Below are positions 37,882 through 47,623 of a stretch of DNA of 64,000 nucleotides, piece after piece. The notes under the pieces are model-generated. The model was given only the letters and a program-made list of their open reading frames with translations, was not told the DNA's origin and searched no databases. Source of the DNA: Pseudomonadota bacterium (GTDB lineage Bacteria > Pseudomonadota > Gammaproteobacteria > Xanthomonadales > Xanthomonadaceae); contig JAFEBW010000050.1 of NCBI GenBank assembly GCA_018242445.1, positions 35,044 through 99,043 on the forward strand. Direction: 5' to 3'. Every line of letters begins with the position of its first letter. Positions within the stretch are counted from its first letter, which is position 1. The position numbers and the translations under genes were made by a program.

Positions 37882-38088
37882 ATGCAGAAGCTCCTGATCA
37901 TCGCCTTCCTCGTGGTGATCGTCTACAACCTCGGCAGCGCCCTGTACTACATGATGGTCGACAAGGGCGACAGCGACCGCATGGTGCGCGCGCTCACCTG
38001 GCGCATCGGCCTGTCCATGCTGATGATCGCGCTGATCGCGCTGGGCATCTGGAGCGGCTGGATCCAGCCCCACGGCGTGGGCGGTTGA
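37882..38088 (+). CDS. twin-transmembrane small protein (DUF2909)
   Basis: The 68-aa product has two TM helices. MQKLLIIAFLVVIVYNLGSALYYMM...RALTWRIGLS is typical of the family in cox clusters. Confidence 0.8.
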   Translation: MQKLLIIAFLVVIVYNLGSALYYMMVDKGDSDRMVRALTWRIGLSMLMIALIALGIWSGWIQPHGVGG

Positions 38089-38122
38089 CGCGCCGATCCG
38101 CGCTGCCGCCGGCCCGGCCGGC

Positions 38123-39001
38123 TTACAGCACGTAGACGAAAACGAACAGACCCAGCCACACCACGTCGACGAAGTGCCAGTACCACGACACGGCCTCGAA
38201 CGCGAAGTGGCTGTGCTTGTCGAAATGCCCGCTCGCGCAGCGCAACCAGATCACCGACAGCATGATCGCACCCAGGGTCACATGCAGGCCGTGGAAGCCG
38301 GTGAGCATGAAGAAGGTCGATCCGTAGATGCCCGAGCCCAGGGTGAGGTTGTTCCGGGTGTAAGCCTCGATGTACTCGTGCGCCTGGAAGCCGAGGAAGA
38401 CGGCGCCCAGCAGCACCGTCGCGCCGAGCCAGAACAGCAACTGCCCGCGACGGCCGATGCGCAGCATGTGGTGGGCGATGGTCACCGTCATGCCCGAGGT
38501 GAGCAGGATCATCGTGTTGAGCAGCGGGATACCCCACGCGCTCATGGTTTCGAATGCGCCGCCGACGTTGCCCGGCCCGTTGGTCGGCCATGCCGCGCTG
38601 TACTGGCTCCACAGCACGTCGTTGGTCATGCCGCCATGACCGGCGCCGCCCAGCCACGGCACCGAGAAATTGCGGGCATAGAACAGCGCGCCGAAGAAGG
38701 CCGCGAAGAACATCACCTCGGAGAAGATGAACCAGAGCATCCCCATGCGGAAGGAGATGTCCACCTGGCTGTTGTAGTACTTGCGCAGGCTCTCGCGGAT
38801 CACGTCGCCGAACCAGCCGAACAGGGTGCCGACCATCAACACCAGACCGGTGAAGAAGATCGGCTTGCCCCACTCCAGATCGTTGACCCAGTTGGCCGCA
38901 CCGAACATGGTGGTGAACATCGCCACCGATCCGAAGATCGGCCAACGGCTGCCGTGCGGGACGAAATAGACGTTGGCATCCGGGGTCTGGGACTGCGCCA
39001 T
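38123..39001 (-). CDS. coxC: cytochrome c oxidase subunit III
   Basis: It has YFVPHGSRWPI and HGLHVTLG motifs. The ATG at 39001 has the SD AGGAA. An upstream GTG at 39037 (GTGA overlap with ctaG) is an alternative start. Confidence 0.9.
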   Translation of the reverse strand: MAQSQTPDANVYFVPHGSRWPIFGSVAMFTTMFGAANWVNDLEWGKPIFFTGLVLMVGTLFGWFGDVIRESLRKYYNSQVDISFRMGMLWFIFSEVMFFAAFFGALFYARNFSVPWLGGAGHGGMTNDVLWSQYSAAWPTNGPGNVGGAFETMSAWGIPLLNTMILLTSGMTVTIAHHMLRIGRRGQLLFWLGATVLLGAVFLGFQAHEYIEAYTRNNLTLGSGIYGSTFFMLTGFHGLHVTLGAIMLSVIWLRCASGHFDKHSHFAFEAVSWYWHFVDVVWLGLFVFVYVL

Positions 39002-39033
39002 GACGGTTTCCTGTGCGTCGATCGAAAGTGGGT

Positions 39034-39717
39034 TCACGGTGTTGCGCCGGCCGCGACCGCGTGCCCTTCGGCGATCGCCTTGGGGCTGGCCAGTTTCGCG
39101 GTTTCCAGCTCGTTATTGTAGAACGTGTAGGCCAGCGTGAGGGTGTGCACGTCGGCCGGCAGGGCCGGATCGACGTAGAAGCGCACCGGCATCAGGCGGC
39201 CTTCGCCGGGCTTGAGCATCTGCTGGGTGAAGCAGAAGCATTCGGTCTTGTTGAAATAGCGCGAGGCGCTGTCGGGCGAAATCGAAGGCGAGGCATTGCC
39301 GACGATGGCGTGGTCGGAGTCGTTTTTCGCCCAGAAGGTGGCGTTGTACAGCTCGCCCGGGTGCACGCGCATGCTGGTCTTGGTCGGGTGGAAGTCCCAG
39401 AGCAGGTCGGAGTGCACGTTGCCGTCGAAGGTCACCGTGACCCAGCGGCTTTCATCGGCGCGCATGCCCGCCACGCGATTCTGCCCGGCCGGGCCGGGTT
39501 GCACCTTGATGCCGAGCACCTTCTCGCAGGCGATGCGGTACAGCGGCACCAGCGAGAAGGTGAACACGAAACCGCCGACCATCACCAGCGCCAGGCGCTT
39601 GACCAGCCGCGCGGTGTCGCCGCCGCGCGGCGGCTCGGAAGGCGCTGCCGGCGGCGGGGCATCGCCAGCCTGCGCGCCGCTATCGGGACTTTCGCGCTGG
39701 CCTGCGTCCACGCTCAC
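39034..39717 (-). CDS. ctaG: cytochrome c oxidase assembly protein CtaG/Cox11
   Basis: It has a TM anchor and then [12 protein letters not shown] (copper-binding CFCF). Confidence 0.88.
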   Translation of the reverse strand: MSVDAGQRESPDSGAQAGDAPPPAAPSEPPRGGDTARLVKRLALVMVGGFVFTFSLVPLYRIACEKVLGIKVQPGPAGQNRVAGMRADESRWVTVTFDGNVHSDLLWDFHPTKTSMRVHPGELYNATFWAKNDSDHAIVGNASPSISPDSASRYFNKTECFCFTQQMLKPGEGRLMPVRFYVDPALPADVHTLTLAYTFYNNELETAKLASPKAIAEGHAVAAGATP

Positions 39718-39833
39718 CGCTTCAGCACGAAATGCGCGATGAAGGCGAGGTAGATCGAAAGCGTCACCAGCGCGAGCACCAGCACGGTGCGCTTGGCGCG
39801 GGCGCGCTGCTGGTTGGGGTCAGTGGGTGACAT
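39714..39833 (-). CDS. small (39 aa) single-TM protein between coxA and ctaG, not in the supplied ORF track
   Basis: Hand translation gives [39 protein letters not shown]. The ATG overlaps the end of coxA and the stop overlaps the ctaG GTG (GTGA). Confidence 0.6.
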   Translation of the reverse strand: MSPTDPNQQRARAKRTVLVLALVTLSIYLAFIAHFVLKR

Positions 39834-41445
39834 CGCCATGCGCGAGATCCCCGTCCTTGATGACCGGCGGCGTGGTGAAGCTGTGGTGCGGCGCCGGCGA
39901 AGGCAGTGTCCACTCCAGCCCGCGTGCGCCTTCCCATGCCCGCGCCTGCGCCTTCTTGCCGCCGCGCGCGCAACTCCACACGACGTACACGAACAGCAAC
40001 TGGCTGGCGCCGAAGCAGAAGCCGCCGATCGAGGACACCATGTTCCAGTCGGCGAAGGCCACGTTGTAGTCGGGGATGCGCCGCGGCATGCCGGCCAGGC
40101 CCAGGAAGTGCTGCGGGAAGAACAGCACGTTGACGAAGATCGCGCTCAGCCAGAAGTGCCACTTGCCGACCGTCTCGTTGTACATGTGCCCGGTCCACTT
40201 CGGCAGCCAGTAGTACACGCCGGCCATGATCGCGAAGATCGCGCCGGACACCAGCACGTAGTGGAAGTGCGCGACCACGAAGTAGGTGTCCTGGTACTGG
40301 AAGTCGGCCGGCACCATCGCGCACATCACCCCGGAGAAGCCGCCGATGGTGAACAGCACGATGAAGGCGATCGCGAACAGCATCGGCGTCTCGAAGGTCA
40401 TCGAGCCGCGCCACATCGTGGACACCCAGTTGAACACCTTCACCCCGGTGGGGATGGCGATCAGCATGGTGGAGTACATGAAGAACAGCTCGCCGCCCAG
40501 CGGCATGCCGACGGTGAACATGTGGTGCGCCCACACGATGAAGCTCAGGAAGGCGATCGAGGCGATCGCGTACACCATCGCCTGATAGCCGAACAGCGGC
40601 TTGCGCGCGAAGGTCGGCACGATCTCCGAGATGATCCCGAACGCCGGCAGGATCATGATGTACACCTCGGGGTGCCCGAAGAACCAGAAGATGTGCTGGT
40701 ACATCACCGGGTCGCCGCCGCCGGCGGCGTTGAAGAAGCTGGTGCCGAAATACTTGTCGGTGAGCAGCATGGTCACCGCGCCGGCCAGCACCGGCATCAC
40801 CGCGATCAGCAGGAAGGCGGTGATCAGCCAGCTCCACACGAACACCGGCATCTTCAGCAGGTCCACGCCGGGGGCGCGCATGTTGAGGATGGTGGCGATG
40901 ATGTTGATCGCGCCCATGATCGAGCTGATGCCCATCATGTGGATCGCGAACACCGTATAGGCGACGTTGTCGCTGCCCTGGATCGCCAGCGGCGGGTACA
41001 TCGTCCAGCCGCCCGCCGGGCCGCCGCCGCCGATCCCGAACATGCCCAGCACGAAGGGCAGCAGCAGGATGGTGAAGGCGAAAGGCATGATCCAGAACGA
41101 CCAGTTGTTCATGCGCGGCAGGGCCATGTCCGGCGCGCCGATCATCATCGGCACCATCCAGTTGGCCAGGCCCACGAAGGCCGGCATCACCGCGCCGAAG
41201 ATCATCACCAGCGCGTGCATGGCGGTGAGCTGGTTGAAGAACTCCGGTTCGAAGAATTGCAGGCCGGGCTTGAACAGCTCCGCGCGGATCGCCATCGCCA
41301 TGCTGCCGCCGATCAGGAACATCGTCAGCGAGAAAATCAGGTACAGCGTGCCGATGTCCTTGTGATTGGTGGACATGAACCAGCGGTGGAAGAAACCTTC
41401 CTTGTGGCCGTGGTCGTCGTGATGTTCGGCGGTCTGGGTTGCCAT
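39820..41445 (-). CDS. coxA: cytochrome c oxidase subunit I
   Basis: STNHKDIGTLYL...WFFGHPEVYI...HHMF...VAHFHYV canonical heme-copper oxidase motifs. Confidence 0.97.
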   Translation of the reverse strand: MATQTAEHHDDHGHKEGFFHRWFMSTNHKDIGTLYLIFSLTMFLIGGSMAMAIRAELFKPGLQFFEPEFFNQLTAMHALVMIFGAVMPAFVGLANWMVPMMIGAPDMALPRMNNWSFWIMPFAFTILLLPFVLGMFGIGGGGPAGGWTMYPPLAIQGSDNVAYTVFAIHMMGISSIMGAINIIATILNMRAPGVDLLKMPVFVWSWLITAFLLIAVMPVLAGAVTMLLTDKYFGTSFFNAAGGGDPVMYQHIFWFFGHPEVYIMILPAFGIISEIVPTFARKPLFGYQAMVYAIASIAFLSFIVWAHHMFTVGMPLGGELFFMYSTMLIAIPTGVKVFNWVSTMWRGSMTFETPMLFAIAFIVLFTIGGFSGVMCAMVPADFQYQDTYFVVAHFHYVLVSGAIFAIMAGVYYWLPKWTGHMYNETVGKWHFWLSAIFVNVLFFPQHFLGLAGMPRRIPDYNVAFADWNMVSSIGGFCFGASQLLFVYVVWSCARGGKKAQARAWEGARGLEWTLPSPAPHHSFTTPPVIKDGDLAHGDVTH

Positions 41446-41494
41446 GGGCTTGGGTGCCTCGAAAGAAAACGCTGGACTTTGGTACGCGGCCGGC

Positions 41495-42415
41495 TCAGTG
41501 CGCGAGCGCCTGCGCGGCGGCAGCCGTGGCCTGCGCCACGGCGGTTCCGGCGGGCGTGGCGGGTGCGGTCTGGGCGGTGTTGGCAGCGGCGTCGGCCGCC
41601 TTCTGCTGCGCCAGCCAGATCTTGAACTCCGCCTTCGGCACGGCCTTCACCACGATCGGCATGAAGCCGTGGTCGCGCCCGCACAGCTCGGTGCACTGGC
41701 CGCGGTAGATGCCCGGCTTGTTGATGCGCGTCCAGTTCTCGCTGACGATGCCCGGCTCGGCGTCCTGCTTCCAGCCGAACTCCGGCACCCACCAGGAATG
41801 GATCACGTCGTCGCCGGTCACGAGGAAGCGGATCTTGGTGTCCACCGGCAGCACCAGCGGGTGATCGACGTTGAGCAGGTAGACGTTGTTGCCGTTCGCA
41901 TCGACCACCTTGCCCGGATCCAGCCCCGAATCCAGGGTGCGCGTGCGGTCGCTGCTGCGGTCGAGGCGGCTCAGGAACTGCACGCCCTCGCCGACGTATT
42001 CGTAACGCCACATCCACTGGATGCCGTTGACCTTGACGGTCATCTCCGAGTCGGACGTGTCGTACATCTTGAACAGGGTTTTCGTGGCCGGAACCGCCAT
42101 CACGATCAGGATCAGGATCGGGATGACCGTCCAGATGATCTCGGCCTTGGTGTTGTGGGTGAACTGCGCCGCCACCGCGCCCCTGGATTTGCGATGGTGG
42201 ATGATCGACCAGATCATCGCCCCGAAGACGAGGACGCCGATGACCGTGCAGATGTACATGACCAGGTTGTGCAGGTCGTAGATCTCCCTCGCGGTGTCGG
42301 TCACGCCCGGCGGCATGTTGAGCTGCCACGGCACGGGATTGGCCTGTGCCATCCCGGCGGCGAGCGCTCCGACGAGCGTCAAACCGGTGGTGCGGATGCT
42401 GCGCGCTGCTTTCAT
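41495..42415 (-). CDS. coxB: cytochrome c oxidase subunit II
   Basis: It has the CuA site VIHSWWVPEFGWKQDAEPG...GQCTELCGRDHGFMP and an Ala-rich C-terminal tail. Confidence 0.95.
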   Translation of the reverse strand: MKAARSIRTTGLTLVGALAAGMAQANPVPWQLNMPPGVTDTAREIYDLHNLVMYICTVIGVLVFGAMIWSIIHHRKSRGAVAAQFTHNTKAEIIWTVIPILILIVMAVPATKTLFKMYDTSDSEMTVKVNGIQWMWRYEYVGEGVQFLSRLDRSSDRTRTLDSGLDPGKVVDANGNNVYLLNVDHPLVLPVDTKIRFLVTGDDVIHSWWVPEFGWKQDAEPGIVSENWTRINKPGIYRGQCTELCGRDHGFMPIVVKAVPKAEFKIWLAQQKAADAAANTAQTAPATPAGTAVAQATAAAAQALAH

Positions 42416-42434
42416 TCGGCCATTCCTGAGCAAA

Positions 42435-42971
42435 TCATGTCTGTGACGTGGCGTCGTCGGCGCGCGCGTCCGTCGCACGGCCCGCAGCCACCCGCAACGC
42501 ATCCTGCAATTTCCCGGCGAGCTCCTCGCGTTCGTCCGGCGCAAGGAAACCGCCCACCTCCACCCGCACTCCCCGCGAATCCAGCAACACGTGCGGCGCG
42601 TGCCCAGCCTGCCCTACCGACAGCCGCACCCAGTACGGATGGGCCTGAAACACCGTCCGCCCCTCGGCGTTTGCCGATGGATCGTCCAGCCTGCGCACGC
42701 TCACCGTCGTCGCATCGACGTCGATCTGCTCGCGCCTGCCACCCAACCGCCACACCCACCGCAATGCCGCCGCCACGATCAGGCTGTGCGCCAGCGCGAA
42801 GGGCGGGGCGAACACATTGCCCTGCCACGCACCCAGCAACGCCACCACCCACATCGTGCCCGACAGCACGGCGAACAAAGCGCCGAACTGGCGCCCGCTC
42901 AAGGCACGCGGTGGCCGCAACACCAATCGGACCGCCGGGCCTCCCGCCATCGCCGGGTGCGACTCGATCAT
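42435..42971 (-). CDS. DUF2244 integral membrane protein (cox-cluster associated)
   Basis: LRPPRALSGRQFGALFAVL is followed by two TM helices and lies upstream of coxB, as is typical. Confidence 0.7.
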   Translation of the reverse strand: MIESHPAMAGGPAVRLVLRPPRALSGRQFGALFAVLSGTMWVVALLGAWQGNVFAPPFALAHSLIVAAALRWVWRLGGRREQIDVDATTVSVRRLDDPSANAEGRTVFQAHPYWVRLSVGQAGHAPHVLLDSRGVRVEVGGFLAPDEREELAGKLQDALRVAAGRATDARADDATSQT

Positions 42972-43176
42972 CCCTGCCACCTCGCGCGAAAACGCGGGCA
43001 CAAGCACGGATTGTAACGATCGAACTTGACATGGATCAACCTCGGCGTTGCGCGACGACGCGAATCCAGTCACGGCGCGCAGGCTTGCGACGCACCCGAA
43101 CGCCGCCCCGCAGCCTGATAAACTTGCGCGAGCCCGCAGGCCCAGCGGCAAGCCAGCCAGCCCTTTGAACCCATCC

Positions 43177-46100
43177 GTGACCGCCATCCTCTCCCCCGAG
43201 CTGCCGCCGCCCGGCGACCCCTTGCGCGAGGCCATCTCCGCGGCCTGGCTGCGCGACGAGAACGCGCATGTGCGCGAGCTGCTGGCCGTCGCGCGGTTTT
43301 CGACCGACGACAGTGCCGCCATCGAACGCACCGCGGTCGGCCTGGTCGAGAAGGTGCGCGTGCGCGCGCAGGATCAGGGCGTGATCGAAGCCTTCATGCG
43401 CCAGTACGACCTGTCCTCGGAGGAAGGCGTGCTGCTGATGTGCGTGGCCGAGGCGCTGCTGCGCATCCCCGACCAGGCCACCGCCGACAAGCTGATCCGC
43501 GACAAGCTCGGCGACGCCGACTGGGAAGCGCATCTGGGCAAGAGCGAGTCCTTGTTGGTCAACGCATCGAGCTGGGGCCTGATGCTGACCGGGCGCATGG
43601 TCGGGCTGGCCGGGGAAACCCGCCGCAACGCCATCGGCGCGCTGCGCCGGCTGGTCGGGCGCGCCGGCGAGCCGGTGATCCGCCTCGCGGTGCGCCAGGC
43701 GATGCGCATCATGGGCCACCAGTTCGTGATGGGCCGCACCATCGCCGAGGCGCTGGCGCGCAGCCGCAAGGCGGAAGGCCCCTACCGGCACTCCTTCGAC
43801 ATGCTCGGCGAAGGCGCGTTCACCCGCGCCAACGCGGCGCGTTACCACGAGGCCTACCGCAAAGCCATCCTCGCCATCGGTGCCAGCGGCCCGAAAGGCA
43901 GCTGGCGGGGCACCGACGTGTTCGCCGCGCCCTCGATCTCGGTCAAGCTCTCGGCCCTGCACCCGCGCTACGAGCACGCCAAGCGCGCCCGCGTGCACGC
44001 CGAGCTCACCCCGCGCGTGCTGGAATTGGCGCAACTGGCCAAACAGCAAGGCATCGGCTTCACCATCGATGCCGAGGAATCCGATCGTCTGGAATTGTCA
44101 TTGGACGTGATCCTCGGCGCGTTCGCCGATGCATCGCTCGCCGGCTGGAACGGCTACGGGCTGGCCGTGCAGGCCTACCAGAAGCGCGCGCCGTTCGTGC
44201 TCGATGCGCTGATCGACGCCGCCCGGCGTGCCGGCCGGCGCATGCCGGTGCGACTGGTGAAGGGCGCGTACTGGGATTCGGAAATCAAGCGCAGCCAGAT
44301 CGACGGCCTGCCCGGCTACCCGGTGCTCACCCGCAAGCCCAACACCGACGTCAGCTACCTCGCCTGCGCGCGCAAGATGCTCGGCGCGACCGATGCGCTC
44401 TACCCGATGTTCGCCACCCACAACGCGCACACGCTGGCGGCGATCCACCACGTCGCCCGGCAGGTGCATGGCGCGTGGCGCAGCGGGCAGGCACCGTACG
44501 AATACCAGAAGCTGCACGGCATGGGCGACGACCTGTACCGCGAGGTGGTGGGTGCCGATCGCCTCGACGTGGCCTGCCGCGTGTACGCGCCGGTCGGCTC
44601 GCACGAGGATCTGCTGCCCTACCTCGTGCGCCGGCTGCTGGAAAACGGCGCGAACTCCAGCTTCGTCAACCGCATCACCGACGCGGCCATCGCACCGGCC
44701 GCGCTGGTCGCCGACCCGACCGCGGTGGTCGCCGGATTTTCCGACTGCAAGCATCCCAACATTCCGTTGCCGCGCGCGCTGTACGGCGCCGGGAGGATCA
44801 ATTCGATGGGCGTCAACCTCGCCAACGATCAAGACCTGCGCGCGCTCGCGCAAGCCATCGCCGCCGCCAGCGGCCCGTGGACGGCCGCGCCGCTGGTGCC
44901 GGGCGCCAACACCGCCGGCACCCAGATCACCACCACCAGCCCGGCCGACCGCAAGCAGATGGTCGGCCACTGGCTGACCTCCGATGCGGCCACGGTCGAA
45001 CGCGCGCTGGCCAACGCCGCCGCCGCACAGGCCGATTGGGATGCGGTGCCCGCGGCCGGCCGCGCCAAGCTGCTCGAACACGCCGCCGACCTGCTGGAAG
45101 CGCGCCTGCCCGAGTTCCTCGCCCTGTGCACGCGCGAAGCCGGCAAGACGATTCCAGATGGGGTGGCCGAAGTGCGCGAGGCGGTGGACTTCCTGCGCTA
45201 CTACGCACAGCAGGCGCGCACGCTGCTGGCCGAACCGGAGAAACTGCCCGGCCCGACCGGCGAGTCCAACGAACTGCACCTGCACGGCCGCGGCGTGTTC
45301 GTGTGCATCAGCCCGTGGAACTTCCCGCTGGCGATCTTCATCGGCCAGGTCGCCGCCGCGCTGGTCGCCGGCAACACGGTGATCGCCAAGCCCGCCGAGC
45401 AGACCAACCTGATCGGCCATGCCGCGGTGAAGTTGCTGCACGAGGCCGGCGTGCCCGAGGACGTGCTGCAATTCCTGCCCGGCGACGGCGCGACCGTCGG
45501 CGCGGCGCTCACCCGCGATCCACGCGTGGCCGGCGTGGCCTTCACCGGCTCCACCGAAACCGCGCGCGCGATCAACCGCGCGCTGGCCGCGCGCGATGCC
45601 GCGATCGCGGTCTTGATCGCCGAGACCGGCGGGCAGAACGCGATGATCGCCGATTCCTCCGCCCTGCCCGAGCAATTGGTGAAGGACGCGATGACCTCGG
45701 CCTTCGGCTCCGCCGGACAACGTTGCTCCGCCGCGCGCGTGCTGTTCGTGCAGGCCGACATCGCCGACAAGGTGATCGGCATGCTCGCCGGGGCGATGGA
45801 CGAACTCGTGGTCGGCGACCCGGCCCTGCTGTCCACCGACATCGGCCCGGTGATCGATGCCGATGCGCTGAAGATCCTCAGCGACCACGCCGCGCGCATG
45901 GATCGCGAGGCCAAGCTGATCAAGACCGCGAAGCCAGGCGACGGCACCAGCAACGGCACCTTCTTCGCGCCACGCGCCTACGAATTGAATTCGCTCGACC
46001 AGCTCACCCGCGAGGTGTTCGGCCCGGTGCTGCACGTGATCCGCTACGCCGCCGGCGACTTGGACAAGGTCATCGACGCGATCAACGCCACCGGTTACGG

Positions 46101-46362
46101 GCTCACGCTGGGCATCCATTCGCGCATCGACGCCACGGTGGATCGCATCAGCGCACGGGTGAAAGCCGGCAACTGCTACGTCAACCGCAACATGATCGGC
46201 GCGGTGGTCGGCGTGCAGCCCTTCGGCGGCGAAGGCCTGTCCGGCACCGGCCCCAAGGCCGGCGGCCCGCACTACCTGCTGCGCTTCGTCACCGAGCGCA
46301 CCCGCACCGTGAACACCACCGCCGCCGGCGGCAATGCCTCGCTGCTGACATTGGGTGAGTGA
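43177..46362 (+). CDS. putA: bifunctional proline dehydrogenase / L-glutamate gamma-semialdehyde dehydrogenase
   Basis: It has the PRODH region (HSFDMLGEGA, VKGAYWDSE) and the ALDH region (ISPWNFPLAIF, ETGGQNAMI, QRCSA). The start is uncertain (GTG at 43177 proposed). Confidence 0.92.
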   Translation: MTAILSPELPPPGDPLREAISAAWLRDENAHVRELLAVARFSTDDSAAIERTAVGLVEKVRVRAQDQGVIEAFMRQYDLSSEEGVLLMCVAEALLRIPDQATADKLIRDKLGDADWEAHLGKSESLLVNASSWGLMLTGRMVGLAGETRRNAIGALRRLVGRAGEPVIRLAVRQAMRIMGHQFVMGRTIAEALARSRKAEGPYRHSFDMLGEGAFTRANAARYHEAYRKAILAIGASGPKGSWRGTDVFAAPSISVKLSALHPRYEHAKRARVHAELTPRVLELAQLAKQQGIGFTIDAEESDRLELSLDVILGAFADASLAGWNGYGLAVQAYQKRAPFVLDALIDAARRAGRRMPVRLVKGAYWDSEIKRSQIDGLPGYPVLTRKPNTDVSYLACARKMLGATDALYPMFATHNAHTLAAIHHVARQVHGAWRSGQAPYEYQKLHGMGDDLYREVVGADRLDVACRVYAPVGSHEDLLPYLVRRLLENGANSSFVNRITDAAIAPAALVADPTAVVAGFSDCKHPNIPLPRALYGAGRINSMGVNLANDQDLRALAQAIAAASGPWTAAPLVPGANTAGTQITTTSPADRKQMVGHWLTSDAATVERALANAAAAQADWDAVPAAGRAKLLEHAADLLEARLPEFLALCTREAGKTIPDGVAEVREAVDFLRYYAQQARTLLAEPEKLPGPTGESNELHLHGRGVFVCISPWNFPLAIFIGQVAAALVAGNTVIAKPAEQTNLIGHAAVKLLHEAGVPEDVLQFLPGDGATVGAALTRDPRVAGVAFTGSTETARAINRALAARDAAIAVLIAETGGQNAMIADSSALPEQLVKDAMTSAFGSAGQRCSAARVLFVQADIADKVIGMLAGAMDELVVGDPALLSTDIGPVIDADALKILSDHAARMDREAKLIKTAKPGDGTSNGTFFAPRAYELNSLDQLTREVFGPVLHVIRYAAGDLDKVIDAINATGYGLTLGIHSRIDATVDRISARVKAGNCYVNRNMIGAVVGVQPFGGEGLSGTGPKAGGPHYLLRFVTERTRTVNTTAAGGNASLLTLGE

Positions 46363-46452
46363 GCGCGCTTGCGAGGCATTGCCTCGCGCGCCCACGAACG
46401 CCCGCGCGGGAAGCGCGGGCCGGGACGAATGAAGGCGACGGCGGCGCGCGGA

Positions 46453-47517
46453 TCAGCGCGCCGCGACGCGCAGCCGCAAACCATCGAAGGCCTGCAGCAC
46501 CAACGGCAAACCGATGTCGGCGACCCGTGACGACAGGGGCGGCCCGCCCAGCGACACCACGTCGCTGCCGAACGGGCTGCGCGGCAACCACGTCTGCGGC
46601 GAGGCGGCTCCGAACATCACCACCAGCGGGCATCCCAGCGCCGCGGCCATGTGCGCCGGCCCGGTATCCACCGAAATCATGCCGCTCGCCACTTCCAGCA
46701 GCGCCATCAATCGGCGCAGCGGCAAGTCCATGGCGGCGACTGCCACCCCGGCAACGTTGGATCGCCGGCGAATATCCTCCAGCAATCCGGCCTCGCTCGG
46801 AGCACCGCACAGCAACACCCGGCGCTCGCTGCCGCCGCGTGCCAGCGCGTCGGCCAATGCCGCCCAGCGTTCGATGGGCCAGGTCTTGTCGTCGCCGAGT
46901 TGGCCGAGGCGGCCGCGCTTGAGCGTGCGCTTGTTGCCCGGTTGCAGCAACAGCAAGGTCTTGCCGATGAACCCGCGTGCGTTCAGCCACTGCCGCAGGT
47001 CGTCGCGATCGCGATCGGCGACGAACAGGCGCGGCGCGGCCCAGCGATCCTCAGGCGAGCTTTGACACGCCACCGCCGCGAAGGCAGCCGGCGTGCACTC
47101 GCCCAGATGCAGCCACAAGTCGTTCCAGTGCCCACCTTTCGCGCCTGCCGCCACATCGGCCACGTACACGCAGCATTGCGGCGCGATGCCGGCACGCGCC
47201 AGCAGCCAGCGCACCTTGTCCAGGGCATGCGTGTCGCACACGTACACCGGCCCTGGAATGCGGGCCCGCAACAGTTCGACGATGCGCCGCTGCGAGGCAT
47301 CCAGCAGGTAGGGGCGCCGCCGGCTGTCGAGGGTGTGGATGGCGCGGACGTCGGGATTGCCGGCCAGCAGGGGCGCCATCCACGCGCCCGAACCCAACAG
47401 ATCGCAGGGCTGGCCGAGACGCCGATGCAGCAGGTGCAGCAGCGGCGTGAGCAAGACCAGGTCGCCGACCGCGCCGAAGCGCACGACCAGCGGACTGCCT
47501 GACATCGATGGGGGCAT
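46453..47517 (-). CDS. glycosyltransferase family 9 (LPS heptosyltransferase-like)
   Basis: RFGAVGDLVLLTPLL, LLLLQPGNKRTLK and VSVDTGPAHMAAALGCP motifs. Confidence 0.8.
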   Translation of the reverse strand: MPPSMSGSPLVVRFGAVGDLVLLTPLLHLLHRRLGQPCDLLGSGAWMAPLLAGNPDVRAIHTLDSRRRPYLLDASQRRIVELLRARIPGPVYVCDTHALDKVRWLLARAGIAPQCCVYVADVAAGAKGGHWNDLWLHLGECTPAAFAAVACQSSPEDRWAAPRLFVADRDRDDLRQWLNARGFIGKTLLLLQPGNKRTLKRGRLGQLGDDKTWPIERWAALADALARGGSERRVLLCGAPSEAGLLEDIRRRSNVAGVAVAAMDLPLRRLMALLEVASGMISVDTGPAHMAAALGCPLVVMFGAASPQTWLPRSPFGSDVVSLGGPPLSSRVADIGLPLVLQAFDGLRLRVAAR

Positions 47518-47563
47518 TTCAGGCTCGCGATGGAATCCGTTGACGACGACGAACCTCTACGCG

Positions 47564-47595
47564 TAAATGCAGACGGGGCGCCGAAGCGCCCCGTC
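47564..47595 (-). terminator. strong stem-loop GACGGGGCGC-TTCG-GCGCCCCGTC downstream of the FadL-family gene
   Basis: It is a 10-bp GC stem with a tetraloop, followed on the minus strand by TGCATTTA (a weak U-tract). Confidence 0.5.
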
Positions 47596-47623
47596 GCATG
47601 CCGCGGATGTTACAGCGTTGCGA

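Noticed and set aside
44098-46395. 765-aa antisense ORF opposite putA, and the 972-aa +2 frame ORF at 43440-46358.
   Set aside because: Both are compositionally biased shadow ORFs. The putA frame carries the PRODH and ALDH catalytic motifs.
46363-46400. GCGAGGCA-T-TGCCTCGC hairpin after putA, considered as a terminator.
   Set aside because: It is an 8-bp stem with a one-nt loop and no U-tract, which is too weak to call from sequence alone.
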